Shown: positions 38,487 to 47,516 of the stretch, piece after piece
Layout: each line of letters starts with the position of its first letter
How positions within the stretch are numbered: position 1 is the first letter of the stretch
From: Pseudomonadota bacterium
GTDB taxonomy: Bacteria; Pseudomonadota; Gammaproteobacteria; Acidiferrobacterales; UBA6901
Direction of reading: 5' to 3'
Length of the DNA: 64,000 bases
Assembly (NCBI GenBank): GCA_027364845.1
Contig: DAHXOO010000005.1
Span: 35,198-99,197, forward strand
Position numbers and translations under genes: made by a program
Notes under the pieces: generated by a model
The model's input: the letters and a program-made list of their open reading frames with translations, nothing else
The model's database searches: none
What the model was told of the DNA's origin: nothing

Positions 38487-40751
38487 TCATAGGATAAGTG
38501 TTACCGGCGCGGCTGTGTCGCTCGGCTCCAGGACCTGTCCTATGATGGCACTTTGGATGTAGCCCAGCTGGTGCAGATCGGCGAGGCAGGCGGCGGCGTT
38601 TGCTTCGGGGATGGACGCCAGCAAGCCTCCGGCCGTCTGAGGATCAAACAGCAGCGGGTAGCATGCATGTGTGGCGGTGGCCTCGAGGTTGCGGATAGCC
38701 CGCCGCAGACGGATGTTCTCCGGCTGTAGCGAACTGAAAATTCCCCGAGTCAGGGATTCGATGGCTCCTTCCAGAACTGGAAGGCTGTCGAGCTCTACTT
38801 CAACGTCGACCTGTGAGGGGCGGGTCATCTCCATGAGATGACCCAAAAGCCCGAAGCCGGTGATATCGGTGCAGGCATGCGCTCCGTGGCGTAACAGGCA
38901 GTCGGCGGCGGTGCGGTTTGACTGCAGCATCGATTCCAGCGCCGCATCTATCCAGCGCCCCTTGGCCTGATGGCGCATGTCAGCGGCGAACAGGGTACCG
39001 GTGCCCAGGGCTTTCCCAAGAATGAGCCGGTCTCCCGGACGCATGCCGCTCTTGCGAAGAAGCCGGCTGCGCTCCGCCAAGCCATTCACGCTCAGTCCGA
39101 AGGCAAGCTCGGCGCCCTCACTCGTATGTCCGCCAACGAGCGCGGTTCCAGATTCCTCGAGTGACACGGCGGCGCCGGCCATCAGTTCGTAGAGCGTCTG
39201 TTCGATCTTGGCCTCGGAACCGAACGGAACGCTGGCAATCGCGAGGGCGGACTGTGGCTGCGCGCCCATCGCGTAGATGTCGCCGAGGCTGTGGTTGGCG
39301 GCGATGTTGCCGAACAGATAGGGATCGTCGACGATGGCGCGGAAGAAATCCACTGTGTGCACCATAACCTGTCCGGCTGGGACTTCGACGACTGCAGCGT
39401 CATCCGCATCGCGCATGCCGATGAGGATATCAGCGCGCGATATTATCGGGATGCGCGCCAGCACGCGGGTAAGCACCGTGCTGCCGATCTTGGAGCCGCA
39501 TCCACCACAGCGCATCGCCAACTCGGATATTTCACGTATCGCCACGCCGTCGTTCCGGTGACCCGGCACGACCGTGCCAGCGTTCATTCCATTCAGCGGC
39601 GGTAGATCCCGATAACGCTGCATCCAGCGCCGGTCTATCCGGTCCTTCCAGCGCCATACGAGCGCCCCTTCCAGTGTCCACGGCCCGCGCGAAGCGACCG
39701 CGCGGCGGTCCCCAGTGCTGATCAGAGCGAGAAACCGGCGCTGCGGAAAGAACGCGCTGAGCGTTTCTCCCCTTGATGCGTGCCGCAAGTTTGCGGCCAG
39801 CACCGGTCCTTGGCGAACCGCCATCACGCCGGATTTCGCACGTAGATGATTGCGCATGGTCGCGATGTCGCCCGCGGCGAAAACGCCCGGATGAGAAACG
39901 GACTGGAGGCAGTCGTCAACTTCGATGAAGCCGCCAGGCGTGGCCGCGAGCCCGGTGCGTGTAATCCAGCCTGGTGCTGCCGCATTCGTTGCCCAGATGA
40001 GCGCATCGTATGGAAAGACCAGGTTAGAGCCCGAATGCGTGGCGAGAAGATGTTCTGCCGTGATTTCGTGCACGCGATGCGCGAGATGGACGGATACGTT
40101 TCTTTCGGAAAGGATGCGGGCGAATTTCCGCCTTACGCGCTCGTGGTGCGTGGGAAGAATTTGCGGTGCTTCCGAAAACAGGTGGAACTGTACCGGCGCG
40201 GTGGCACAGCTCGTTGCGATGCGATGCTGCAGCGAAAGCGTGAGTTCCACCCCTCCGGCGCCACCTCCGACCACCGCAATGCGAAATGAACGCGTGGCAT
40301 CGCGTACGCGATGCTCGATTGCGTTCCATCCGATGAGAAAACGGTCGACAGGCTTTACCGGAAGCGAGTACTTTGCCGCTCCCGGAATGCCGGCTTCGTC
40401 CGGCGTCGAACCGATGTCGATGGAAAGAACGTCATAGGGGACCTCTGGGCGTCCACGGCACAATACCCGATTATTTTTCAGGTCCAGCCCGATCATCTCG
40501 TCGTGATATAGACGGCAGCCCGCGAAGTGTGCGAGTGGGCGCAGGTCGACATGAGCCTCATCGAAGTCGTAGTGGCCGGCGATGTAGCCCGGCAGCATGC
40601 CGGAATACGGCGTATGGATGTCGCGTGCAATGAGAGTCAGGCGCACACCTGGCTCGGGCCGCATTCCGAAAGCCTTAAGTACGGCTACGTGGCTATGTCC
40701 GCCACCGACGAGTACCAGGTCTTTGCGAACAATATATGGTTGACCTTGCAT
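38487..40751 (-). CDS. selD: bifunctional FAD-dependent pyridine nucleotide-disulfide oxidoreductase (NDH-2-like) / selenide, water dikinase SelD (SenC-like)
   Basis: 754 aa. Two Rossmann loops (LVLVGGGHSHV, IAVVGGGAGGVE) in the N-terminal half. SelD half has active-site CGGCGSKIG (Cys, not Sec), DAAVV, and AIR-synthase-like GGHTSEG. Confidence 0.85.
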   Translation of the reverse strand: MQGQPYIVRKDLVLVGGGHSHVAVLKAFGMRPEPGVRLTLIARDIHTPYSGMLPGYIAGHYDFDEAHVDLRPLAHFAGCRLYHDEMIGLDLKNNRVLCRGRPEVPYDVLSIDIGSTPDEAGIPGAAKYSLPVKPVDRFLIGWNAIEHRVRDATRSFRIAVVGGGAGGVELTLSLQHRIATSCATAPVQFHLFSEAPQILPTHHERVRRKFARILSERNVSVHLAHRVHEITAEHLLATHSGSNLVFPYDALIWATNAAAPGWITRTGLAATPGGFIEVDDCLQSVSHPGVFAAGDIATMRNHLRAKSGVMAVRQGPVLAANLRHASRGETLSAFFPQRRFLALISTGDRRAVASRGPWTLEGALVWRWKDRIDRRWMQRYRDLPPLNGMNAGTVVPGHRNDGVAIREISELAMRCGGCGSKIGSTVLTRVLARIPIISRADILIGMRDADDAAVVEVPAGQVMVHTVDFFRAIVDDPYLFGNIAANHSLGDIYAMGAQPQSALAIASVPFGSEAKIEQTLYELMAGAAVSLEESGTALVGGHTSEGAELAFGLSVNGLAERSRLLRKSGMRPGDRLILGKALGTGTLFAADMRHQAKGRWIDAALESMLQSNRTAADCLLRHGAHACTDITGFGLLGHLMEMTRPSQVDVEVELDSLPVLEGAIESLTRGIFSSLQPENIRLRRAIRNLEATATHACYPLLFDPQTAGGLLASIPEANAAACLADLHQLGYIQSAIIGQVLEPSDTAAPVTLIL

Positions 40752-40831
40752 TCACGGCCTACTGGCTTGGTGACGCCGTAGATCGCTCCGTACGTGCGCA
40801 GGTTTCGCAATCGCGGTCATGCGCCAAGCGG

Positions 40832-41509
40832 CTACTTGATCTTCAGCAGTTCAATGTCAAAAATCAAGGTCTCGTTCGGCCCGATGACACCGTCTGCGCC
40901 GCCAGCGCCGTACGCGAGATTGGCGGGGATGTAGATTCTCCACTTGGATCCAACGCGCATTAGCGGGAGCGCCTGCTGCCAGCCTTGGATTACCCCACTG
41001 AGCGGGAATGTGGCCGGCCTTCCACGCTTGTACGAGCTGTCGAACACAGTGCCGTCGAGCAGGAGTCCTTGATAGTTGGCGACGACAGTATCGCTGATCT
41101 TCGGCTTGGGACCCTTGCCTTCGGTGATTACCTTGTACTGCAGTCCGCTGGGAAGTGTGACGACGCCCGGTTTTTTCCCGTTTTCGGCGAGAAACTTGGA
41201 TCCAGTTTCCAAGTTCTTCTGCGCCAGGGTGGAGTAGTCAGCCTGGCGCTTGTGCTGGTAGGCAACAACCGCTGCGCGCATCTGGTCGCTGTTGAGCCTT
41301 GCGGGTTTCCCGTTCTCCGCGTCCTCAATCGCCTGCAACAGGGCCTTGGGATCGATATCCATGTGTTGACGCTTGAGGTTCTGCCCGATCTTGTACCCGA
41401 CCACATAGCTGAGGCGCTGTTTGTCGGTGGTCAGTTTTGGCGAAGTCGCGGCGCAGCCGCCCATGAAAACTGCGACCAAAGTGAAGGTAAGTGGAACCCG
41501 GATGCTCAT
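40832..41509 (-). CDS. FKBP-type peptidyl-prolyl cis-trans isomerase, lipoprotein (Mip/FklB-like)
   Basis: Lipobox FMGGC. N-terminal dimerisation helix region and C-terminal FKBP core (FDSSYKRGRPATFPL...GWQQAL...WRIYIP..LAYG). Confidence 0.9.
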   Translation of the reverse strand: MSIRVPLTFTLVAVFMGGCAATSPKLTTDKQRLSYVVGYKIGQNLKRQHMDIDPKALLQAIEDAENGKPARLNSDQMRAAVVAYQHKRQADYSTLAQKNLETGSKFLAENGKKPGVVTLPSGLQYKVITEGKGPKPKISDTVVANYQGLLLDGTVFDSSYKRGRPATFPLSGVIQGWQQALPLMRVGSKWRIYIPANLAYGAGGADGVIGPNETLIFDIELLKIK

Positions 41510-42034
41510 GGCTGTCCCTCAGAGATTGCGTGTTTGGAGTTCTCGCCAAGCAAATAGGACGGCGGTGCCGATTCCTTGTCGTTGGGAGGCGGGTTGTTGG
41601 TGGGTAACGTTCCCGCCGGTGCCGATCCCGCTACAGTGCCATGTTCCCACAACCACCGGTTCGAGCCAAGTGCGCCGATGCTGCTATCGGCGCCGCCGCG
41701 CCCGCCAGAAAGTCCTATCGCCGCAATGTGAGTAATTGTGGAATGACTGCGGGAGTGACCAGTCGATCCCATATTGAAACGACGCCGGTCCCGGAACCCG
41801 AAGTCGTCCGCGCTTTCAGGCTCCGCTCCGACAGGCCTTGGCCTTTGACCGAAGTGCGTGAACACCATCAGGTATCCGGGATCCATGCAAGTATGGCGCA
41901 GCATTGACGATGTCAGTTCCTTGCTGCGGACAGGCCTTGCATGGACATGTTACAGTGACTGCGACTACGGAATCACTAGCACCCTTCGGTGCGGGTTCCT
42001 GATTTTCCAAGTGCAACCAGCGGGAAAGCGACTG

Positions 42035-44749
42035 ATGACGGCATCCAGGGCGGCGGGCAAGGAAAGGGCGGTTTACCTGAAGGACTATCGGCCGCCGGAC
42101 TACCGTATCGATCACGTGCACCTTGGCTTCAGTATGGACGAGGAGTCAACGCAGGTGCATGCGCGGCTTGATGTGGTCGGCAACGGCGTTTCTCTCGGTC
42201 GGCCGCTGGTACTTGATGGACGTGAACTCGATCTGAAGTCGATTGCGCTGGATGGGCGCCGCCTGAATCCCCGCAAGGACTATCGGGTGGACGCCGAGCA
42301 TCTGACGATTCCACGCGTGCCTGGCCGATTCACCCTGGAAATCGAAACCGAGATCCATCCGCGGAACAATACCACCCTGATGGGTCTGTACGTCTCCGGC
42401 GGTAATTTCTGCACCCAATGTGAAGCGGAGGGATTCCGCAAGATCACGTATTTTCTGGACCGTCCGGATGTGATGGCCAGGTATACGACTACGATCGTGG
42501 CGGACAAGCTGCGCTATCCGGTTCTGCTGTCCAATGGCAATCCGGTGGAGCGTGTCGATCTCGGCGATGGCCGGCATCGCGCAACATGGGTTGATCCTCA
42601 TCCGAAACCTTCCTACCTGTTTGCGCTGGTTGCCGGGGATCTAGCGTGTGTCGAAGACCAGTTTGTGACGCGCTCCGGTCGTCCGGTGCTTCTGCATATG
42701 TATGTGCAGCACCATAATGCTGACAAGTGCGGGCACGCCATGGCATCGCTCAAGAAGGCGATGCAGTGGGATGAGTGCGTGTTCGGGCGCGAATACGACC
42801 TCGATATCTACCAGATCGTCGCGGTCGATGACTTCAATATGGGAGCCATGGAGAACAAGGGGCTGAATGTTTTCAACTCGGTGTATGTCCTGGCCAGGCC
42901 CGATACTGCCACCGATGCCGACTACCAGGCGATCGAGCGGGTGATTGCGCACGAGTACTTTCACAATTGGTCGGGAAATCGCGTGACCTGCCGTGACTGG
43001 TTCCAGCTAAGCCTGAAAGAGGGGTTTACTGTGTTTCGCGACCAGGAATTCGGCGCGGATGCGACTTCGCGCGGGGTGGCTCGGGTGCAGGACGTGAACG
43101 TGCTGCGCACCCACCAGTTCAGGGAGGATGCCGGGCCCATGGCTCACCCCGTACGGCCAGAGTCTTACGTCGAAATCAACAATTTCTATACGACGACGGT
43201 TTACAACAAGGGCGCAGAAGTAGTTCGTATGCTCAAGGAGCTGATCGGTGCGGACGGATTCCGCCGCGGCGCCGATCTGTATTTTGAGCGGCACGACGGC
43301 CAGGCAGTGACCACCGATGATTTCGTCAAGTCGATGGAGGATGCGAACGGCGTCAATCTGAGCCAGTTCCGGCTCTGGTACAGCCAGGCGGGCACTCCGC
43401 AAGTACATATCGGGCGGGCCTATGATGCGCGCTCAGGTATCTACATACTTCATGTGCGCCAGACCTGTCCATCGACGCCCGGTCAGCCGCGCAAGGAACC
43501 TTTCCATATTCCACTTGCCATCGCGTTGCTGGATGACGAAGGACGGGAGCTGCCCGTCAGATTGATGGGCGAGCATTCCGGGGTGGTAGGAACGCGCGTG
43601 CTGCAGCTGCGGCAGACGGAGGAAACCTTCGTATGTGTGAGCGTCCTGCAGGAGCCGGTGCCGTCGTTGCTGCGCGGGTTCTCGGCACCAGTCAGGTTGC
43701 AGAGTGATCTGAGTGACAGCGAGCGTTGCTTTCTGCTGGGCCGCGACGGCGATCCGTTCAGCCGCTGGGAGGCCGGCCAGCAGCTGGCAGCTGGACTCAT
43801 TCTCAACTTGGCGACGCAGTCCCGCAAACAAAGCACGCAGCCCCTGAACCCGCAGTTCGTCGACGCCTTCCGGGCGACGTTGCGCAGTAATGATCTGGAT
43901 AAAGCGATGATCGCGCAGGTGTTAACCCTGCCGTCCGAGTCCTACCTTGCGGATCTCATGGTTCCGGTCGATCCGCAGGCGCTGCACGATGCCCGCGTTT
44001 CCGTGTTGCGGTCTTTGGCGCAGACGCTGCGGGACGATCTGCTTGCCGTATACCGGGATAATGTCGGGCGCGGGGGCTATAGCGTGGATCCCGAGTCTGT
44101 CGGACGTCGCAGCCTTAAGAATCTGTGCCTTTCGTACCTGATGGAGCTCGATGACCCAGAGGTGCGGGCGATGTGTGTCGGGCAGTTTCAGCGCGGTGAC
44201 AACATGACCGACGTAATGGCTGCACTACGGGCGCTCGCGAACAACGACTGCCACGAGCGCCGCGATGCGCTCGCGGCGTTTCATAAGAAATGGCAAGGCG
44301 AGCCGCTGGTTCTGGACAAATGGTTCGCGCTTCAGGCCACTTCACGGCTGCCGCAGACGCTTGCCGAGGTCAAGGCGCTTACCCGCCATCCGGCATTTAC
44401 TCTGAAGAATCCCAACCGGGTGCGCGCCTTGATTGGTTCGTTCTGCACCGGCAATCCCGCGCGGTTCCATGACCGCAGCGGCTCCGGCTATGCCTTTCTG
44501 GCCGACCAGGCGCTAAAAATCGACCGGCTGAACCCGCAGGTTGCGGCACGGCTTGTCGGGGTGCTCAGCTTATGGCGGAAGTATGAAGCGCGGCGCCAGG
44601 CACTGATGAAGAGGCAGCTCGAGCGCATTCTGGCAGCGCCGGCACTTTCCCGGGACGTGCACGAGATTGCGTCGAAGAGTCTCGGATCAGCGGGTGCAAA
44701 GGGGAAGGGTCGGGGTGGCGTGCGTCGCCGGAGCAGACGGCGGAGCTGA
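42035..44749 (+). CDS. pepN: aminopeptidase N
   Basis: YLKDYRPPDYRI N-terminus like E. coli PepN. GAMEN and HEYFHNWSGNRVT...LSLKEG zinc motif. Start at ATG 42035. Confidence 0.95.
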   Translation: MTASRAAGKERAVYLKDYRPPDYRIDHVHLGFSMDEESTQVHARLDVVGNGVSLGRPLVLDGRELDLKSIALDGRRLNPRKDYRVDAEHLTIPRVPGRFTLEIETEIHPRNNTTLMGLYVSGGNFCTQCEAEGFRKITYFLDRPDVMARYTTTIVADKLRYPVLLSNGNPVERVDLGDGRHRATWVDPHPKPSYLFALVAGDLACVEDQFVTRSGRPVLLHMYVQHHNADKCGHAMASLKKAMQWDECVFGREYDLDIYQIVAVDDFNMGAMENKGLNVFNSVYVLARPDTATDADYQAIERVIAHEYFHNWSGNRVTCRDWFQLSLKEGFTVFRDQEFGADATSRGVARVQDVNVLRTHQFREDAGPMAHPVRPESYVEINNFYTTTVYNKGAEVVRMLKELIGADGFRRGADLYFERHDGQAVTTDDFVKSMEDANGVNLSQFRLWYSQAGTPQVHIGRAYDARSGIYILHVRQTCPSTPGQPRKEPFHIPLAIALLDDEGRELPVRLMGEHSGVVGTRVLQLRQTEETFVCVSVLQEPVPSLLRGFSAPVRLQSDLSDSERCFLLGRDGDPFSRWEAGQQLAAGLILNLATQSRKQSTQPLNPQFVDAFRATLRSNDLDKAMIAQVLTLPSESYLADLMVPVDPQALHDARVSVLRSLAQTLRDDLLAVYRDNVGRGGYSVDPESVGRRSLKNLCLSYLMELDDPEVRAMCVGQFQRGDNMTDVMAALRALANNDCHERRDALAAFHKKWQGEPLVLDKWFALQATSRLPQTLAEVKALTRHPAFTLKNPNRVRALIGSFCTGNPARFHDRSGSGYAFLADQALKIDRLNPQVAARLVGVLSLWRKYEARRQALMKRQLERILAAPALSRDVHEIASKSLGSAGAKGKGRGGVRRRSRRRS

Positions 44750-44761
44750 TGCCGATGCTGG

Positions 44762-44968
44762 TCAGGCATTCAGATCCGGAATCATACGGCTTTCGAGACG
44801 CGCAATGAAATCCTTCAGCTGCAGCCTTCGTTTCTTCATTCGCCTCAGCTGCAGCTGGTCAGTGGACAGATCCGCCGACAGCTGGGAAATAGTTTGATCC
44901 AGATTCCGGTGCTCGATGCGCAGCTGTAACAGCATCTGTCGCAATGCCTCGCCGTCTTGATGATCCAT
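44762..44968 (-). CDS. YdcH/DUF465 family protein
   Basis: 68 aa. LRIEHRNLDQTI...LQLRRMKKRRLQLKDFIARLE is the classic DUF465 pattern. Confidence 0.75.
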   Translation of the reverse strand: MDHQDGEALRQMLLQLRIEHRNLDQTISQLSADLSTDQLQLRRMKKRRLQLKDFIARLESRMIPDLNA

Positions 44969-45587
44969 GTTCTTTCTTCTTCTGGTTGCGGCCGGGTTTC
45001 GGCCGAGGTCGCAGAGTTTTCCCAAACTGACGCGTGGTCTGGTACAGCCGGTACAGGCTTTATATTAAGATTATAGCTGTGCGGAGTCAGAAACCACGGG
45101 TCAGCATCACTCTCCCTCCCCGTGAGACATCGGGCTCCAGATCCCGCCCGAGCTGCGCACAGAGCAGTTTTGTGCCAGTTTCGAGCGTACCCTTTGAAAG
45201 GTGGCCGCCCAGCCGAGGTAAAGTACCTGTGACGTTCCGTCCAGCTGGGGTTTCGCGCCGCCAAGGTCTGCATGTGTGAGCTATGCGACCAGAGGGGGCC
45301 GGTGAATTTTCCCGTGTGCACGCTTGCGCGTGAATATTATCCGACAGCGCCAGTCCGCTTGACAATGCTCCGAGGCTGGATTGTCGGGCGAAATAGCGGC
45401 AACATGGATCTATGGATCAGATCATGGCTATTCCTGGCTGCGGAGGTGGCGCGATGCCGGTGGGTGGGGCCGCGACCTTCAACGCGACTTTGGATGAAGG
45501 AGCGAAGGAACCATTTTCGCCAGGAACTGTCGGATCGACGAGACCCCTAATTAATTAAATCCGAAGTTTTTTTTGAGGAACACGAAC

Positions 45588-45983
45588 ATGGATTACTCCA
45601 CGGCAGAAAATCAGATTGCTCAGATCCAACAGCAGTCCCAGACTGCGATTCAGAACATGCAGCAGTTCGCACAGAAACTGCGTGCGGCAGCCCCGGACGA
45701 GACGACCGGGCGCGAATGGGCGCTGGATATGCGGGAGATCGCCTTGGCAATGCAAAGCCAGAACCAGGCCATGGTGGGTCTGGTCAACCAGATGGCGGAA
45801 TACATCAAGACGTTGGAAGCGCAGATGGCCACACATCCCAGCCCGAGTGTGCAGCCGCGCGGTTGGGCATCGCAGCCATCGGGGGGCGGAGGGTTCTGGG
45901 GCAGCGTCACCAGCGGGCTGGGAGTCGGCGCCGGATTTGCCGTGGCAAACGACCTGGTCGGCGACCTCTTCAACATGTTTTAG
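45588..45983 (+). CDS. hypothetical protein: Gln-rich coiled-coil N-terminus, Gly-rich hydrophobic C-terminal tail (DUF2076-like tail)
   Basis: GAGGAA SD before ATG 45588. C-terminus GGGGFWGSVTSGLGVGAGFAVANDLVGDLFNMF. Confidence 0.55.
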   Translation: MDYSTAENQIAQIQQQSQTAIQNMQQFAQKLRAAAPDETTGREWALDMREIALAMQSQNQAMVGLVNQMAEYIKTLEAQMATHPSPSVQPRGWASQPSGGGGFWGSVTSGLGVGAGFAVANDLVGDLFNMF

Positions 45984-46185
45984 TCTTCGCCGGACCGACC
46001 CGGTCTGCAACCCGCAGCGGTATCCTGCCTTGCCTGAAGCGACATCCTGGTGCGCTGTCGGCAAGCGCAGCAGCCGTCCCCGGTGTTCATCGCACAGTTT
46101 CCCGACCTGTGCGCTGTCCTCCGGAATGATTCCCGGCTCCTTGCTGCGCAGGTGTGAATTGCGCGCGGTTCGGGAATGAGGGATC

Positions 46186-46575
46186 ATGTCTTATTCTCCT
46201 GATTGGCGGTCAAGACATTCCATGGACAAGCCGAAGATAATCACGGCCTTGCCGCAATGTCGCTACAAGCTCGGCGGATTCGTCATCACGGTGTTGGGTG
46301 AGGTCGAGAGCGGGGATGGCGTCGCTTATCGCTACATTGCCGCCGTTATCACGGAAGGCGATCCGGAGCCGGGTCTGTATATTACGGCCGAGCGCGAGGC
46401 CAGAGGTCTCGGGCGCAAGGGCATGCACGTTATGCGCATAATCATGCGCGATGGTGCGCAAGTCGTCGGTTCCTCCGACCGCTGGGGTGATCTCGATCTA
46501 TTCGTTACCGATGTGCTGGAAGTCGTGTCGCGGGTCCTCGACCTGCAGGATGAGGAACCCTATCTGCTGAGTTGA
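46186..46575 (+). CDS. hypothetical protein
   Basis: 129-aa ORF with coding-like composition. No family recognised. An alternative start is ATG 46222. Confidence 0.5.
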   Translation: MSYSPDWRSRHSMDKPKIITALPQCRYKLGGFVITVLGEVESGDGVAYRYIAAVITEGDPEPGLYITAEREARGLGRKGMHVMRIIMRDGAQVVGSSDRWGDLDLFVTDVLEVVSRVLDLQDEEPYLLS

Positions 46576-46826
46576 CCGTCTTCGCCGCGGATTCCTCGGG
46601 ATGGAATCGCTAGATTGGGTGGCGCATGACTTCCCGTTGCGACATTTCATGGGAGACCGGATACCAGGACAGTGACGTTCGGACCGGGCGCCGGCGGAGA
46701 TTCCAGGCAGGTATGATGTCGATGTCCCAGGGAGAGCCCGTTTTCGGTATCAGATGTGCAGCCCTGACCGGGGGGGTCGAGGACGGAGTGAAGTATCTGC
46801 GCGCAGGGTGCACGGCGGACGGTTGA

Positions 46827-47081
46827 TTACGCAGGCGCAGCTTGCTCGTTTCTGAGTGATGCTTCATCGAGCCCCGCGGCTAGGTAGCGGTTTTCGTTTG
46901 CACACTGCGGGTGATGTTCAATCTGCTCAATATCCGGACGCTGGAATCGCAGGGATATCTGTGTGGTCCTATGGTCCAGATGTTCGGCCAGCAACCGGCA
47001 CTGCTTCATGTTACAGGCAAGCAGCTTGTGTCGCTCGAATCTGCCGTCAACCGGCCAACGCTTTAAGGCCGGTCTGGCCAA
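46827..47081 (-). CDS. hypothetical small protein (TTG start)
   Basis: AGAGGG SD 5 nt upstream of the TTG, 18 nt after the stop of the upstream gene. No family recognised. Confidence 0.4.
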   Translation of the reverse strand: MARPALKRWPVDGRFERHKLLACNMKQCRLLAEHLDHRTTQISLRFQRPDIEQIEHHPQCANENRYLAAGLDEASLRNEQAAPA

Positions 47082-47099
47082 CGTCGCCCTCTTCGGTTT

Positions 47100-47414
47100 T
47101 CAATCCTTTTCTTCAGGCTCCTCAGATTTCACGCGGCCGATCTTGCCCAGTGGTATCACGACATGCATGCCGGTGGAGGTGTCTGGTTCGTCGGTGAAGT
47201 GGGGGCGATGATTTGTGGGTCGTCCCGCCGCCTCGGATAGTTCGCGCTCACGTGCGGCAATGAGGCCGAAGCACTCACGGATCCCCTGCACGGTCTTGTC
47301 GGAAAGGGGGTGGCTGTGTCCAGGCCGGGTAAACGTGTCCTTGGCGATATCGGTCAGCACTTTCTTGACTGAACGCAGGATGCGTTCTTCCGCAGAGAGA
47401 GCCTCGGTAGTCAT
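47100..47414 (-). CDS. conserved hypothetical protein
   Basis: 104 aa. The N-terminal block EERILRSVKKVLTDIAKDT...HPLSDKTVQGIRECFGLIAARE resembles a widespread gammaproteobacterial small protein. Confidence 0.6.
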   Translation of the reverse strand: MTTEALSAEERILRSVKKVLTDIAKDTFTRPGHSHPLSDKTVQGIRECFGLIAARERELSEAAGRPTNHRPHFTDEPDTSTGMHVVIPLGKIGRVKSEEPEEKD

Positions 47415-47516
47415 GGGTCACCTTCTGGCGCAGCGTGGCGCCGTCATGTATGAGATAAGGCGTATTCTGGCACAGTTTGCCGACGAGCCCGCGATTGTCT
47501 TGTGGTGGGCGGCATT

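Noticed and set aside
41658-41667. GGTTCGAGCC, a tRNA T-loop-like string
   Set aside because: The flanks cannot form a T-stem or acceptor stem, so there is no cloverleaf.
41506-41904. ORF whose TGA overlaps the FKBP gene ATG (ATGA), suggesting a coupled upstream gene
   Set aside because: No SD occurs at any candidate start. The sequence is low-complexity (Gly/Ser/Pro/His), has many A/T-ending codons and matches no recognisable family. The overlap alone is insufficient support.
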